A stretch of DNA of 64,000 bases from Laetmonice hystrix (Eukaryota), in NCBI GenBank assembly GCA_965235115.1, contig OZ249452.1, positions 12,462,001 through 12,526,000 on the forward strand. The letters run 5' to 3'. The number at the start of each line of letters is the position of its first letter. Position 1 is the first letter of the stretch. Of the stretch, positions 1-11,131 are shown one piece after another. The notes beneath the pieces were generated by a model. That model was not told where the DNA came from. It saw nothing but the letters and a program-made list of their open reading frames with translations, and ran no database searches. The translations under genes were made by a program, and so were the position numbers.

Positions 1-195
1 TTTGAAATTTTACTAAGCACCAAGTTTTTCTCTCTTCATTTTAACTACAGAGTACGATTATCACTTGGAATATTATACTGTGCCACTGGAATCGTTCTTA
101 TTCACTGGTATTTGACCTGCTGTTCCATCCCATGTGTTACAATTTGTATATTTGTTTATAAGATTTTCTATCAATAATCTATGTTGTATACGTAC

Positions 196-325
196 AGTAG
201 ACTTCGAGCTCAGCCGAACATTTCGTCGTTCCGTGCTCGTTTGTGATGGTAGCTGTGTACGTGCCCATGTCGTCTGACGTGACGTCACACACCTCCATAA
301 AGTGGAAGTCATTCTTCTCATATAG
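196..325 (-). CDS. Exon encoding C-terminal half of the I-set Ig domain (LYEKNDFHFMEVCDVTSDDMGTYTATITNEHGTTKCSAELEVY); gene continues beyond window start
   Basis: D-x-G-x-Y-T...N-x-x-G....A-x-L-x-V I-set motif. Acceptor gtgtttttctccag| (phase 0), donor T|GTACGT (phase 1). Joins the 5499 exon in frame. Titin/MLCK/obscurin-type Ig; the exact orthologue is not identifiable by eye. Confidence 0.9.
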
Positions 326-1940
326 CTGGAGAAAAACACACCATCTGTCAAACTCGCATCTTTCATTGTTTTTGTATATGTTGATTGTCAGAAACAAAGG
401 CCAGAAAGCACAGTATTGTTTCTTCTGGGCTGCGTTTCACATTTATAAACTACGCATTTAGCTCAGAAAATAGAACAAGATTCCTGAAATTTTTTTAAGA
501 TATTCTAAGTGCAACACGTCACAAACACTTCAGCCAGAAGACATCATACCACAAACATGTCAGACCTTCAAAATATCCAGGATACTTCAGTACACTCTCA
601 AAGTGTCGAACTTATGGTAAACCTTTTACTGAAAAGACTCCCATTCCCAAGACGAAGAAAGAAACTTTCTATTGATGACCAACCAGCACCACCTCTCTTG
701 ACTAGTTAATATGCTGAACGGACAACACTTCCTCACAGTTAGATGGGATCTTACGGAACTGAACTTGTTTGAACCCTGACTGAGTGAATCCGATGATTGA
801 TGTGAAGTCCCGCAATAAACCAAGACAAGAAAGGTTGGAGAATTCCACGGTGATAAAAAAAATATGTGATCATTCATCACAATTTTACCCTCCCAGTCGT
901 CTCGACTATTCCCGCCCAGTCTGCCGACGTCTGCATGCAGCTTTGGTGGCGGTAGAGAATCATACAAATGACTTGAATCTGGCTCAGGGACTTGGTAATC
1001 TCGCCTTCGGATTCTAAACCCAATATGGCTGGCATGGCTAACATGTGTGGAATCAGTCGTGGACATTCTACAAGCACAATTCTCACTTCAGAGGTGTCAG
1101 AATGTATTCTCAAAATGTCACCAATTCTGAACGCACTCTGAATGTTTAAACCTGTAACTCTTCGGTGAAAAATATCAAGGGTATCTCCAAAACAGACAGC
1201 ACCTTTCTGTAATAAACATCTCAAGTATATAAACTCACAACCCCAACTCCAACAGCCGTGTTAGAGTGTTCACTCTGACCTAACTTGTACCCGGCAAACC
1301 TCGACAAGGCAGCATTACTCCCTATACATGGTCTGACACGGGGCAATATATCACGTGTACGGGACAGAAAAAAAAACAAAATATAACCTAAAAACACTTG
1401 ACACTGACATGGGCTTTGTATGAGGAGATACAAAAACTGTCATTCCGTCTAAATGTGTATGAATGTGTGTACATCGCCTAGCTATTTCCCTACGGTAACA
1501 TTCCCTTGAACATTGGAGGTGGGTGGAATAAGGGCAGTGATAGGGGTAGGGATAGGGTCTGGGGTACCAATAGAATTTGGGGGGGGGGGGGGGTAGGGGT
1601 AATAAAGATAGAGGGAGGGTTACGGATAGGGCTATGTTTTTTGTGAGGTGTGCGTAATGGGACAATGGGTTAAGGTTAGGTTTAGGGTAGTGATAGATTT
1701 TTGCCCACATTTTGTGCCCACATTTTGTGCCCACATTTTGTGTATATCTTACCATGAGCGACATCCCATGTACATCAATGTGACACAGCGAGGCCGACTC
1801 CCACACGACATGTACGGGTCAATATTTATTGACTGTGTCCATGGATATAACATTACATAGAAATATACGCCTGTCATATATTGACTGAGGCGAGTGTTTA
1901 CTGAGCAGGTTTGTGACTCGGGTGGGGAACTCTCTACAGG

Positions 1941-2985
1941 TGTAAACAGGAATCAGTGGTTGGGACGTGTGTTAGACTTGTATGGTTGTGGGGGACGAGG
2001 GTGGTGGTGTAAACAGGAATCAGTGGTTGGGACGTGTGTTAGACTTGTTGTATGGTTGTGGGGGACGAGGGTGGTGGTGTAAACAGGAATCAGTGGTTGG
2101 GACGTGTGTTAGACTTGTTGTATGGTTGTGGGGGACGAGGATGGTGGTGTAAACAGGAATCAGTGGTTGGGGCGTGTGTTAGACTTGTTGTATGGTTGTG
2201 GGGGACGAGGGTGGTGGTGTAAACAGGAATCAGTGGTTGGGGCGTGTGTTAGACTTGTTGTATGGTTGTGGGGGACGAGGGTGGTGGTGTAAACAGGAAT
2301 CAGTGGTTGGGACGTGTGTTAGACTTGTTGTATGGTTGTGGGGGACGAGGGTGGTGGTGTAAACAGGAATCAGTGGTTGGGACGTGTGTTAGACTTGTTG
2401 TATGGTTGTGGGGGACGAGGGTGGTGGTGTAAACAGGAATCAGTGGTTGGGGCGTGTGTTAGACTTGTTGTATGGTTGTGGGGGACGAGGATGGTGGTGT
2501 AAACAGGAATCAGTGGTTGGGACGTGTGTTAGACTTGTTGTATGGTTGTGGGGGACGAGGGTGGTGGTGTAAACAGGAATCAGTGGTTGGGACGTGTGTT
2601 AGACTTGTATGGTTGTGGGGGACGAGGATGGTGGTGTAAACAGGAATCAGTGGTTGGGGCGTGTGTTAGACTTGTTGTATGGTTGTGGGGGACGAGGGTG
2701 GTGGTGTAAACAGGAATCAGTGGTTGGGACGTGTGTTAGACTTGTTGTATGGTTGTGGGGGACGAGGGTGGTGGTGTAAACAGGAATCAGTGGTTGGGGC
2801 GTGTGTTAGACTTGTTGTATGGTTGTGCGGGACGAGGGTGGTGGTGTAAACAGGAATCAGTGGTTGGGACGTGTGTTAGACTTGTTGTATGGTTGTGGAG
2901 GACGAGGGTGGTGGTGTAAACAGGAATCAGTGGTTGGGACGTGTGTTAGACTTGTTGTATGGTTGTGGGGGACGAGGGTGGTGGT
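1941..2985. repeat. Intronic minisatellite, 70-bp unit, about 15 copies
   Basis: Unit tgtaaacaggaatcagtggttgggacgtgtgttagacttgttgtatggttgtgggggacgagggtggtgg; two 67-bp variants lack ttg. Confidence 0.95.
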
Positions 2986-3067
2986 AGAAATCCGTTTGTT
3001 CAATACATATGACAGCTAACATGTAACGGTACGGTACCGGTCCCCTACTCTGACGCCACTGGGTACG

Positions 3068-3270
3068 GTGGGGAGGGGGTGGGGTAGGGGGGACCAGGAC
3101 TGGAGTGGGGAGAGGGGAGGGGGTCCTGGACTGGAGTGGGGAGAGGGCAGGGGGTCCTGGACTGGGGAATAGGGTGGGTGAATGGGGTCCTTGACTGGAT
3201 ATTGCGCAAGGCGAGGGGGTTTTGCACTAGGTATGGGGGGGAAGGGGGTCCCAAGAGAACCCCCCCCCCC
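3068..3270 (+). repeat. G-rich degenerate repeat (ggtcctggactggagtggggagagggg), G-quadruplex-prone
   Basis: About 3 imperfect copies and many G3-G6 runs. Confidence 0.6.
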
Positions 3271-4018
3271 ACCTCAGTGAGCAGTGCACATGACCTTTAG
3301 GAATTCTGATCACCTAATGTGACCTCCAAAACACCACTGACATGATAAGATATGACAACTGATCCTTTTATACGGCTTCAAACCGCATCATTGTCCACCA
3401 TGAAGTCCCTCTGACATGACTGACGTAAATTCTTTAACAAGAACCACACATTTCATCTCCAGAATCCATTATATTTGCACAGGTGTCCATGTAACTTCGT
3501 CAGGGAATTTTAATGACAGGTTCCATAACTTCTTCACCGTCTTGCGTTGCCATCACAGAATGTGCCGAGGTAATCTCGAGAAATGTGAGGAGGTAATATT
3601 GAGGCAGTTGACAGGTCGCCAACCCTGTGGAGGCCAGTTGTGTACCTGTCAACGGATCACAATGTCGGCTCACTCACTGATAAAAGTTACTGTCAAACGT
3701 TGATGGTCTCGGCTCGCTCCCGCCACGGCCCAGCCTTTCTAACTCTGTCAGAATCTGTGCCATATCTGTCTTTGTTGGAGCGGTGGTCGGCCAAGCCACC
3801 ATTCACTGCGGCAAATACTGGCACGGTCGGATTGAGTCTGGTCGTGTTCACCTGATGGGGCTAAATAACTGTAGGGGGGTATGGGGTACGTAATGTGTGA
3901 CCTGGAGATGGGGTGGGAGGGGGGGGGGGGGTTAAGTGCGAGGGTGGCTGGTAACTACTACTGATCATGTCTAATCATGATCTAATCACCACATCATAGT
4001 GACATTTGTGTTGGGGGA

Positions 4019-4178
4019 TTGGTGATGGGCAAAGTTTGGTGATGGGCAAAGTTTGGTGATGGACAAAGATTGGTGAGACAAAGATTGGTGATGGGCAAAG
4101 ATTGGTGAGACAAAGATTGGCGATGGACAAAGATTGGTGATGGGCAAAGTTTGGTGATGGGCAAAGATTGGTGATGGA
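4019..4178. repeat. Minisatellite, 15-17-bp unit (ttggtgatgggcaaagt), about 10 copies
   Basis: Direct inspection. Confidence 0.9.
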
Positions 4179-4589
4179 CACCGCCATCTAATCACACCAC
4201 GTGACAATCCTCAGCCAATTAGGTAAGTCGAGTCCCGGGACCATGTATAAGTAAAACACCACCCGTATCACCTCCTTACTTGAAGATAAAATGTATGATT
4301 GAAACCTCTGTGGTTTTGTAGCTTGTAACCTTGAGACCCGCGCCATAATCGGATCCATTGGGGTGGGGTCATTACCCCCTGAGTCTCTGTGGATGACCCC
4401 ATGCAGACCCCATGGGCGTATGCAGAGTGCTGTGCGCCAATGGGCACCTGAGTCGCCCCCCCCCTCCCCCCGCCCCCCGTTATCTACACGACAGTTTACA
4501 ATCCTGGATCCACCCTCTGTTTGAGTTATGTTGTGTCCTTGACTATAGATCGCCCATCCCCCTCCACATCCCCCCTCCCTCCCCTCCTC

Positions 4590-5543
4590 CCCTCCCGATC
4601 AGGGTAAGTAAACTCACCTTGTACTTGTCACCCCCTGTGATGGTGGTACCATTCCGGTCCCAGTCCTCCCCCTCCCGATCAGGGTAAGTAAACTCACCTT
4701 GTACTTGTCACCCCCTGTGATGGTGGTACCATTCCGGTCCCAGTCCTCCCCCTCCCGATCAGGGTAAGTAAACTTACCTTGTACTTGTCACCCCCTGTGA
4801 TGGTGGTACCATTCCGGTCCCAGTCCTCCCCCTCCCGATCAGGGTAAGTAAACTCACCTTGTACTTGTCACCCCCTGTGATGGTGGTACCATTCCGTTCC
4901 CAGTCCTCCCCCTCCCGATCAGGGTAAGTAAACTTAATTACCTTGTACTTGTCACCCCCTGTGATGGTGGTACCATTCCGGTCCCAGTCCTCCCCCTCCC
5001 GATCAGGGTAAGTAAACTCACCTTGTACTTGTCACCCCCTGTGATGGTGGTACCATTCCGGTCCCAGTCCTCCCCCTCCCGATCAGGGTAAGTAAACTTA
5101 CCTTGTACTTGTCACCCCCTGTGATGGTGGTACCATTCCGGTCCCAGTCCTCCCCCTCCCGACCAGGGTAAGTAAACTCACCTTGTACTTGTCACCCCCT
5201 GTGATGGTGGTACCATTCCGGTCCCAGTCCTCCCCTCCCGATCAGGGTAAGTAAACTCACCTTGTACTTGTCACCCCCTGTGATGGTGGTACCATTCCGG
5301 TCCCAGTCCTCCCCTCCCGACCAGGGTAAGTAAACTCACCTTGTACTTGTCACCCCCTGTGATGGTGGTACCATTCCGGTCCCAGTCCTCCCCTCCCGAT
5401 CAGGGTAAGTAAACTCACCTTGTACTTGTCACCCCCTGTGATGGTGGTACCATTCCGGTCCCAGTCCTCCCCCTCCCGATCAGGGTAAGTAAACTCACCT
5501 TGTACTTGTCACCCCCTGTGATGGTGGTACCATTCCGGTCCCA
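4590..5543 (-). repeat. 80-bp minisatellite (12 copies) made of 45 nt of Ig exon 3' end plus 35 nt of intron including the 5' splice site
   Basis: Copies at 4601, 4681, 4761, 4841, 4921, 5005, 5085, 5165, 5244, 5323, 5402, 5482. The last copy is the real exon end. Confidence 0.95.
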
Positions 5544-5667
5544 GATGAGGGTCGGAGTCGGGTCACCATCAAACGAAGATTTAAACTTGGCATTTTGACC
5601 TTCATCGACGAACTGTCTGCGAGGTTTGATGATGAAGCTGGGCTTCACTTCACGAAGGTACCGAGAC
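5499..5667 (-). CDS. Exon encoding N-terminal half of an I-set immunoglobulin domain (KPSFIIKPRRQFVDEGQNAKFKSSFDGDPTPTLIWDRNGTTITGGDKYK)
   Basis: I-set signature P-x-F...V-x-EG...G-x-P-x-P-x-x-x-W-x-x-NG. Acceptor tatttatttattgctag| (phase 2), donor AAG|GTGAGT (phase 0). Confidence 0.9.
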
Positions 5668-6939
5668 CTAGCAATAAATAAATACAATATTTATTTTGGA
5701 AACCTTTACATAGAGTTGTCAAGGTGCATTATATTGTAAAATTGTATACCCAAGAATATGTGAACGCTTCTTAGAGTTCGCAGGGTGCAGCACAATTAAA
5801 ATAATTATATGCAAAAACAAATATTGTTTTAGACCTCCTAATGCTATTAATCTACATGACAATATAATCTTCAACAGCATACGATTCCTTATGAACCATG
5901 GCAGGTAATCTATAGATTCACAAACATGAGGGAAAAAACCTGAAGATGGGGTTGTATTAAATGTAGGAGCACAGCCACAGAATGTATTCCAAGTCAGGCA
6001 GCCTGCACGTCATAGACCCGCCAGAATACTGAATACTACCTTTCAACCTTATTCCTATGGAAATCCATACAAACATATTTTTTTACGCCAGATATCCAAT
6101 GTACATTTTCGTGCCCCACATTCCCTAACAGAAGCACACCGATGTCATTTTTCATTAAAGCCTTGGCCAATAGATTCTCATTGGAACTAAGTGATCTTTC
6201 AGACCGTGGTTAGCAGCAAAGCACATTTTTACATACGAATGGGAAAAAAAAACCTGGAAAATCACCTGACACCGAATGTGGCAACAAAAGCTCCATTGAA
6301 GATCCTGTGTCATACAACACGTAGCGAAGAAAGGACACATGTTTTGTTATAAATACCCACGTATGGACACATACGTGCCAATATTGAAACAGTCACGGAA
6401 TTTTCACCGTGATATAATATTACAGGAGACATTTCTAGTTGGCTCTATTTTCACTATTCCACGACAAAACCAATCGCAAACAGCGCAAAACAGGCGAACC
6501 TCTAAAAAACACACTCACAATAATTGAATCAGTGACAAAACACACCCAGAAACGGCCCATCCTTACAATAACTTAGCCAGGTATGAATGTTTTCTTAGGC
6601 AAAATTTGCAAACGTGAAATATGACAGGCACTGTATGACAGGGTCACTTTGAGAAGGTCGATTGTGTCGGTATTCACAATGTCATGCGTTCCCGTCACCA
6701 GGGGGCGCCAACAGTAAACTGGCTGTCGGCGTTCATTTACTGTACAAACATCGTTATGACAACCCCCTACATGACCAACACATCAGGGTATTCTGTATTA
6801 CCCGACCCAGCCGCTGAAGGGTAAACTGGGCACTCTCATACAATCTGAACCCTCATACAATGCAACCTTACAGGATGGTTCGGTGGGATGTGACTTCAAC
6901 TTTCGTCTTTGAAGGAACTCATGAAAATTTCACTTCCAT

Positions 6940-7592
6940 TACCTTCAGTACTTCATGACGACACCCAGTAAGAAAGGTCAGTGTAGGATGAATTTCACCT
7001 TCAGTACTAAAAGTGTATGATGACACCTAGTAAGAAAAGAAAGTCTAGAATGAATTTCACCTTCAGTACTAAAGGTGTATGATGACACCCAGTAAGACAG
7101 GAAAGTCTAGAATGAATTTCACCTTCAGTACTAAAAGTGTATGATGACACCCAGTAAGAAAGGAAAGTCTAGAATGAATTTCACCTTCAGTACTAAAAGT
7201 GTATGATGACACTCAGTAAGAAAAGAAAGTCTAGAATGAATTTCACCTTCAGTACTAAAAGTGTATGATGACACTCAGTAAGAAAAGAAAGTCTAGAATG
7301 AATTTCACCTTCAGTACTAAAGGTGTATGATGACACCCAGTAAGAAAGGAAAGTCTAGAATGAATTTCACCTTCAGTACTAAAAGTGTATGATGACACTC
7401 AGTAAGAAAAGAAAGTCTAGAATGAATTTCACCTTCAGTACTAAAGGTGTATGATGACACCCAGTAAGACAGGAAAGTCTAGAATGAATTTCACCTTCAG
7501 TACTAAAAGTGTATGATGACACCCAGTAAGACAGGAAAGTCTAGAATGAATTTCACCTTCAGTACTAAACGTCTATGATGACACTCAGTAAA
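6940..7592. repeat. Minisatellite, 62-bp unit, about 10 copies
   Basis: Unit gatgacacccagtaagaaaggaaagtctagaatgaatttcaccttcagtactaaaagtgtat at 7021, 7083, 7145, and onward. Confidence 0.95.
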
Positions 7593-10500
7593 GATGGGAC
7601 GTCTACACTGATTACCCACTAATACGACTACCACTTCTCCTCCTCTGACAGAATATGATATATGCCGAGATGCCCCTAGCCACAATAAAATAAAATATAT
7701 AACTTGTAAGTCCAGTAAAGATTCAGGCACTAAATCCCTGTTGATTTCTGTAGATGCCTCTTGGTGAACTTCAAAAGAATTGTTGCATGAAATTACCTCA
7801 GGCGACATAGACATCAATCACACGTCTACAGGGATCATTCATTATCGTAAACGTGTCGTATCTCCCCACGGTACGGTGACACACGTATCACTGAGTCACA
7901 GACTGATCCCTTCAAGATCTGTCCTTTAATTCTCTCTCTCCACATTGGAGCATTCTTTGGTAACTTTGTAAAGGGAAACATTTTCTCACTGCCGCCGGCA
8001 TTTCCTGAAACTTCAACTAAAATTTGATGTGAGAGAGGAGTATCACTAATCTCTTCCAGGCGTTAGGACTTCATTAGATCTGACATTAATGAGGACTTTA
8101 AATCAGACTAACATCCTAACATATAAACAAAATAATAAATGATTTCTGAAAACATAAAATAACAGACTACTTTACCAAACCTTTTCCCCCTTGACAACAT
8201 TTTCTACGTAGTGGTACGATTAAATTGGCCTGCCACGCCCTGTACCATAATTCTAACCTTTCTACCCTGTCATTACACCACCGACCTGTCACAGACCAAG
8301 CCGAGTATCTGACCTCTGACCTCGGCGCCAGGTTCCATTTCATTGGCTACCAGACTGGTCCTGACCCCTGGTGTCGGGGCAGTGAAGCTGTCAATGATCT
8401 GATTAGATATCCCCAACAATGTGTGTATTTACCGAAGTGGAGTGGGCAAGGAACATTGAAGTGACTGTGAGTTTTACTGATATCCTTCGGTCTCAATGTA
8501 ATTGTACCTTCCGCCATCCTGCCCAAACATTATTCATTTTGGACTATTTTGCTGTCTCATCCAATTATAAGGAAAACTTCCAAAATTACAGGCCTTTTCA
8601 TTTTTTTCTTTCGCTGTACTGAAAAAATCCATGATTCTTGCGTTGTTTTTCTTTATCGTTGAGTCTCTATCTTTCGGATAATTTATGGTAATTACAGAGT
8701 GACGTTTTACTGTTCACTAACATGTGTCAAAACTGAGCGTTGGCTTCTTCAGCTGAGGTGACATTTATCTTTTAAATCTTTTAAAACAATTACCAGTAGA
8801 GCTTAAATTCCACCATTCAGGGAGAGTAAACTGTTCTTTCCTTTTGAAATGTTTTTACATCTCCGGATAAAACTATCAAAATTAGGATTTGTTATGGAGG
8901 CCCAGGCCATTGTTCTGCTACATTCTGTTGTTCGACGTGATTGTTTATGATGTTATTGTAGGTCAAATCCATTCCAAGCTACATCAGGATCCAGACTGAC
9001 AACTCACAAAGATACTGTTTCAAATACAAGCCATCTGGAATGGCCCTAACTGTCCAATCAAACCTATGGACCCACAGTCTGTGTGAAGTTTCGGACAAAA
9101 GATGTTAAAATACTAACAAAAATAATACACTCATTGTGAGCATCTTATCGCTGAAATTAAATGCACTTCTAAGAAATATACAAATTACAGTGTCTACTTA
9201 ATCGACCGGAAAAGTGAGTTTGATGTTGAAAGTTCCATCAAGTCTAAGATTTCTGTGGATTAAATGATTGTTTGGTGAAGATACATTCCCAGGCAACCTG
9301 ACTCCTCCCTCAACACCCGAGATCTGTCACGTGACTGGTGACATGACGCATGCGCTCACAGTGCCCTCCGGGGTTCTCTAGCAACGTCACGAGAATTCTC
9401 GGAATCATAAAACGACCTACTTATTTCATCATCTGACCTGATTAATTCAAATTGCACCTAGGAAGTGACTTTCGGAAGGTTATATACAACAGCAGACTGA
9501 TTAGGCCTAGTTGGGAACTTGTAAATACGACCTACGTCCAAAGTGAGATGGTCGGAGGAGAGGTTGAAAATGCTCTGATCTTTAGATTGACTGCTACCTA
9601 ATTATGTATCTCAGGTCAAAAGAGTGACAAATATTTCTCGCTCACAGCCAAATGTGTCAATGCATGCACCAAGCAAAAACCTCCGTCAAATATGTCAAAT
9701 ATGTGAGTTACAAGCCATTAAAATATTTCACTGCTATCCAAGTGTTTCGTGTGGAGTGCCTTTTCTAACCGACTACGGGCCATAAAATGAAGACCTGCTA
9801 TTTTTCACAGGAATAAATAAACGACCTGCGAGTTTGAACGTTGTCACACTAGAAAAAAACGGCGTCTTTGAACATGGTCGTTAAACGTGAACGTGGCAGT
9901 TCTTCAGCCTAAACGTGCGCTGGCTGCATGACATCTAAAACGTTTGGCAAACTGGAAAATACGTGAATCTAATTCTTGGCGACTGGTTGGGGAACTGTCT
10001 GTCATGAGCTCGCTAAGAGTACAGCAATATCAACAACACACATCGACAGATTGTGCTGCTAGTTTAGGTCAGACAGAATTCAAAGTTTTGTGCCAGTGCC
10101 TCACTATAATACGTTATATTATGTGTGTTATCTGTTTATTTGTAGTACGAGCGATGAATTGTTAGCTCAATGCGCATTGTAACCATCCGTGTAGCCTAAT
10201 CAATGTGGCCTAACATGTCCTTGTCAATGTCAACACTACAGTAGGTAGATATCCACCCAAATACAAATTACCTCTGCCAACACTAAAAAACTGATCCTTG
10301 GATTGATATGGACCTTTCTGACTATTTGTCACACGTCACTTATGGCAATCCTATAAATCCGACAAACAGAACTACTGCGCACATTATGAAATGAATACAC
10401 GTTCGCTCTCAGTTGAGGATCATTTTCGTGCCGAACATTTCTGAGTGACATGTATTGTTACAAAGTCTCTAAGAGACCGTCGCGATTTCTTCCAAGTTCA

Positions 10501-10655
10501 GGATGTCATATTTTCCACTTTAAAGAAGTCGTTTTCACGCAACGCCACCTAAAGTATTTTCTTTCCTTTTAAAGTCCTCTAAAGTAGGTCCTACATTTCA
10601 ACAGAACCCTCCCCTGTTTGCAGGTTTTAACCAAATATTTCAGAGTACAGGAGGT

Positions 10656-11131
10656 TTAGAGCGACAGTCTCGTCCTTCTGCATTGTGTGATAGGCTTCCA
10701 TCTTAACGGTCGATGTACTATTTATAGACGTCAGTTCCTATGCTACAGCATAGGCACTGACGTCTATAAATAGTACATCGACCGTTAAGATGGAAGCCTA
10801 TCGCACAATGCTATGATACAGCATAGGAACTGACGTCTATAAATAGCACATCAACCGTTAGGATGGCCGGCCTATCGCACAATGCTATGATACAGCATAG
10901 GAACTGACGTCTATTAATAGCACATCGACCGTTAGGATGGCCGGCCTATCGCACAATGCTATGATACAGCATAGGAACTGACGTCTATTAATAGCACATC
11001 GGCCGTTAGGATGGCCGGCCTATCGCACAATGCTATGATACAGCATAGGAACTGACGTCTATTAATAGCACATCGGCCGTTAGGATGGCCGGCCTATCGC
11101 ACAATACTGAAGGACGAGACTGTCGCTTTAA
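10656..11131. mobile_element. Foldback/MITE-like element with about 40-bp TIRs (tta[g/a]agcgacagtctcgtccttc...), internal palindrome and a 74-bp arm amplified in tandem
   Basis: The left end ttagagcgacagtctcgtccttctgcattgtgtgatagg matches the reverse complement of the right end (ttaaagcgacagtctcgtccttcagtattgtgcgatagg). TTAA|AG ends resemble Kolobok-type elements. Repeats start at 10811, 10885, 10959 and 11033. Confidence 0.75.

Noticed and set aside
500-1400. Overlapping ORFs with protein-like stretches (RRRDYQVPEPDSSHLYDSLPPP; GISRGHSTSTIL resembling LINE RT)
   Set aside because: They lie between the two halves of an Ig domain, have no consistent frame or splice sites, and the downstream RT motif (DxxKAFD) is absent.
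1941-7592. Regular repeat arrays that superficially resemble CRISPR arrays
   Set aside because: The units are contiguous with no unique spacers, there are no cas genes, and the context is a eukaryotic intron. They are minisatellites.
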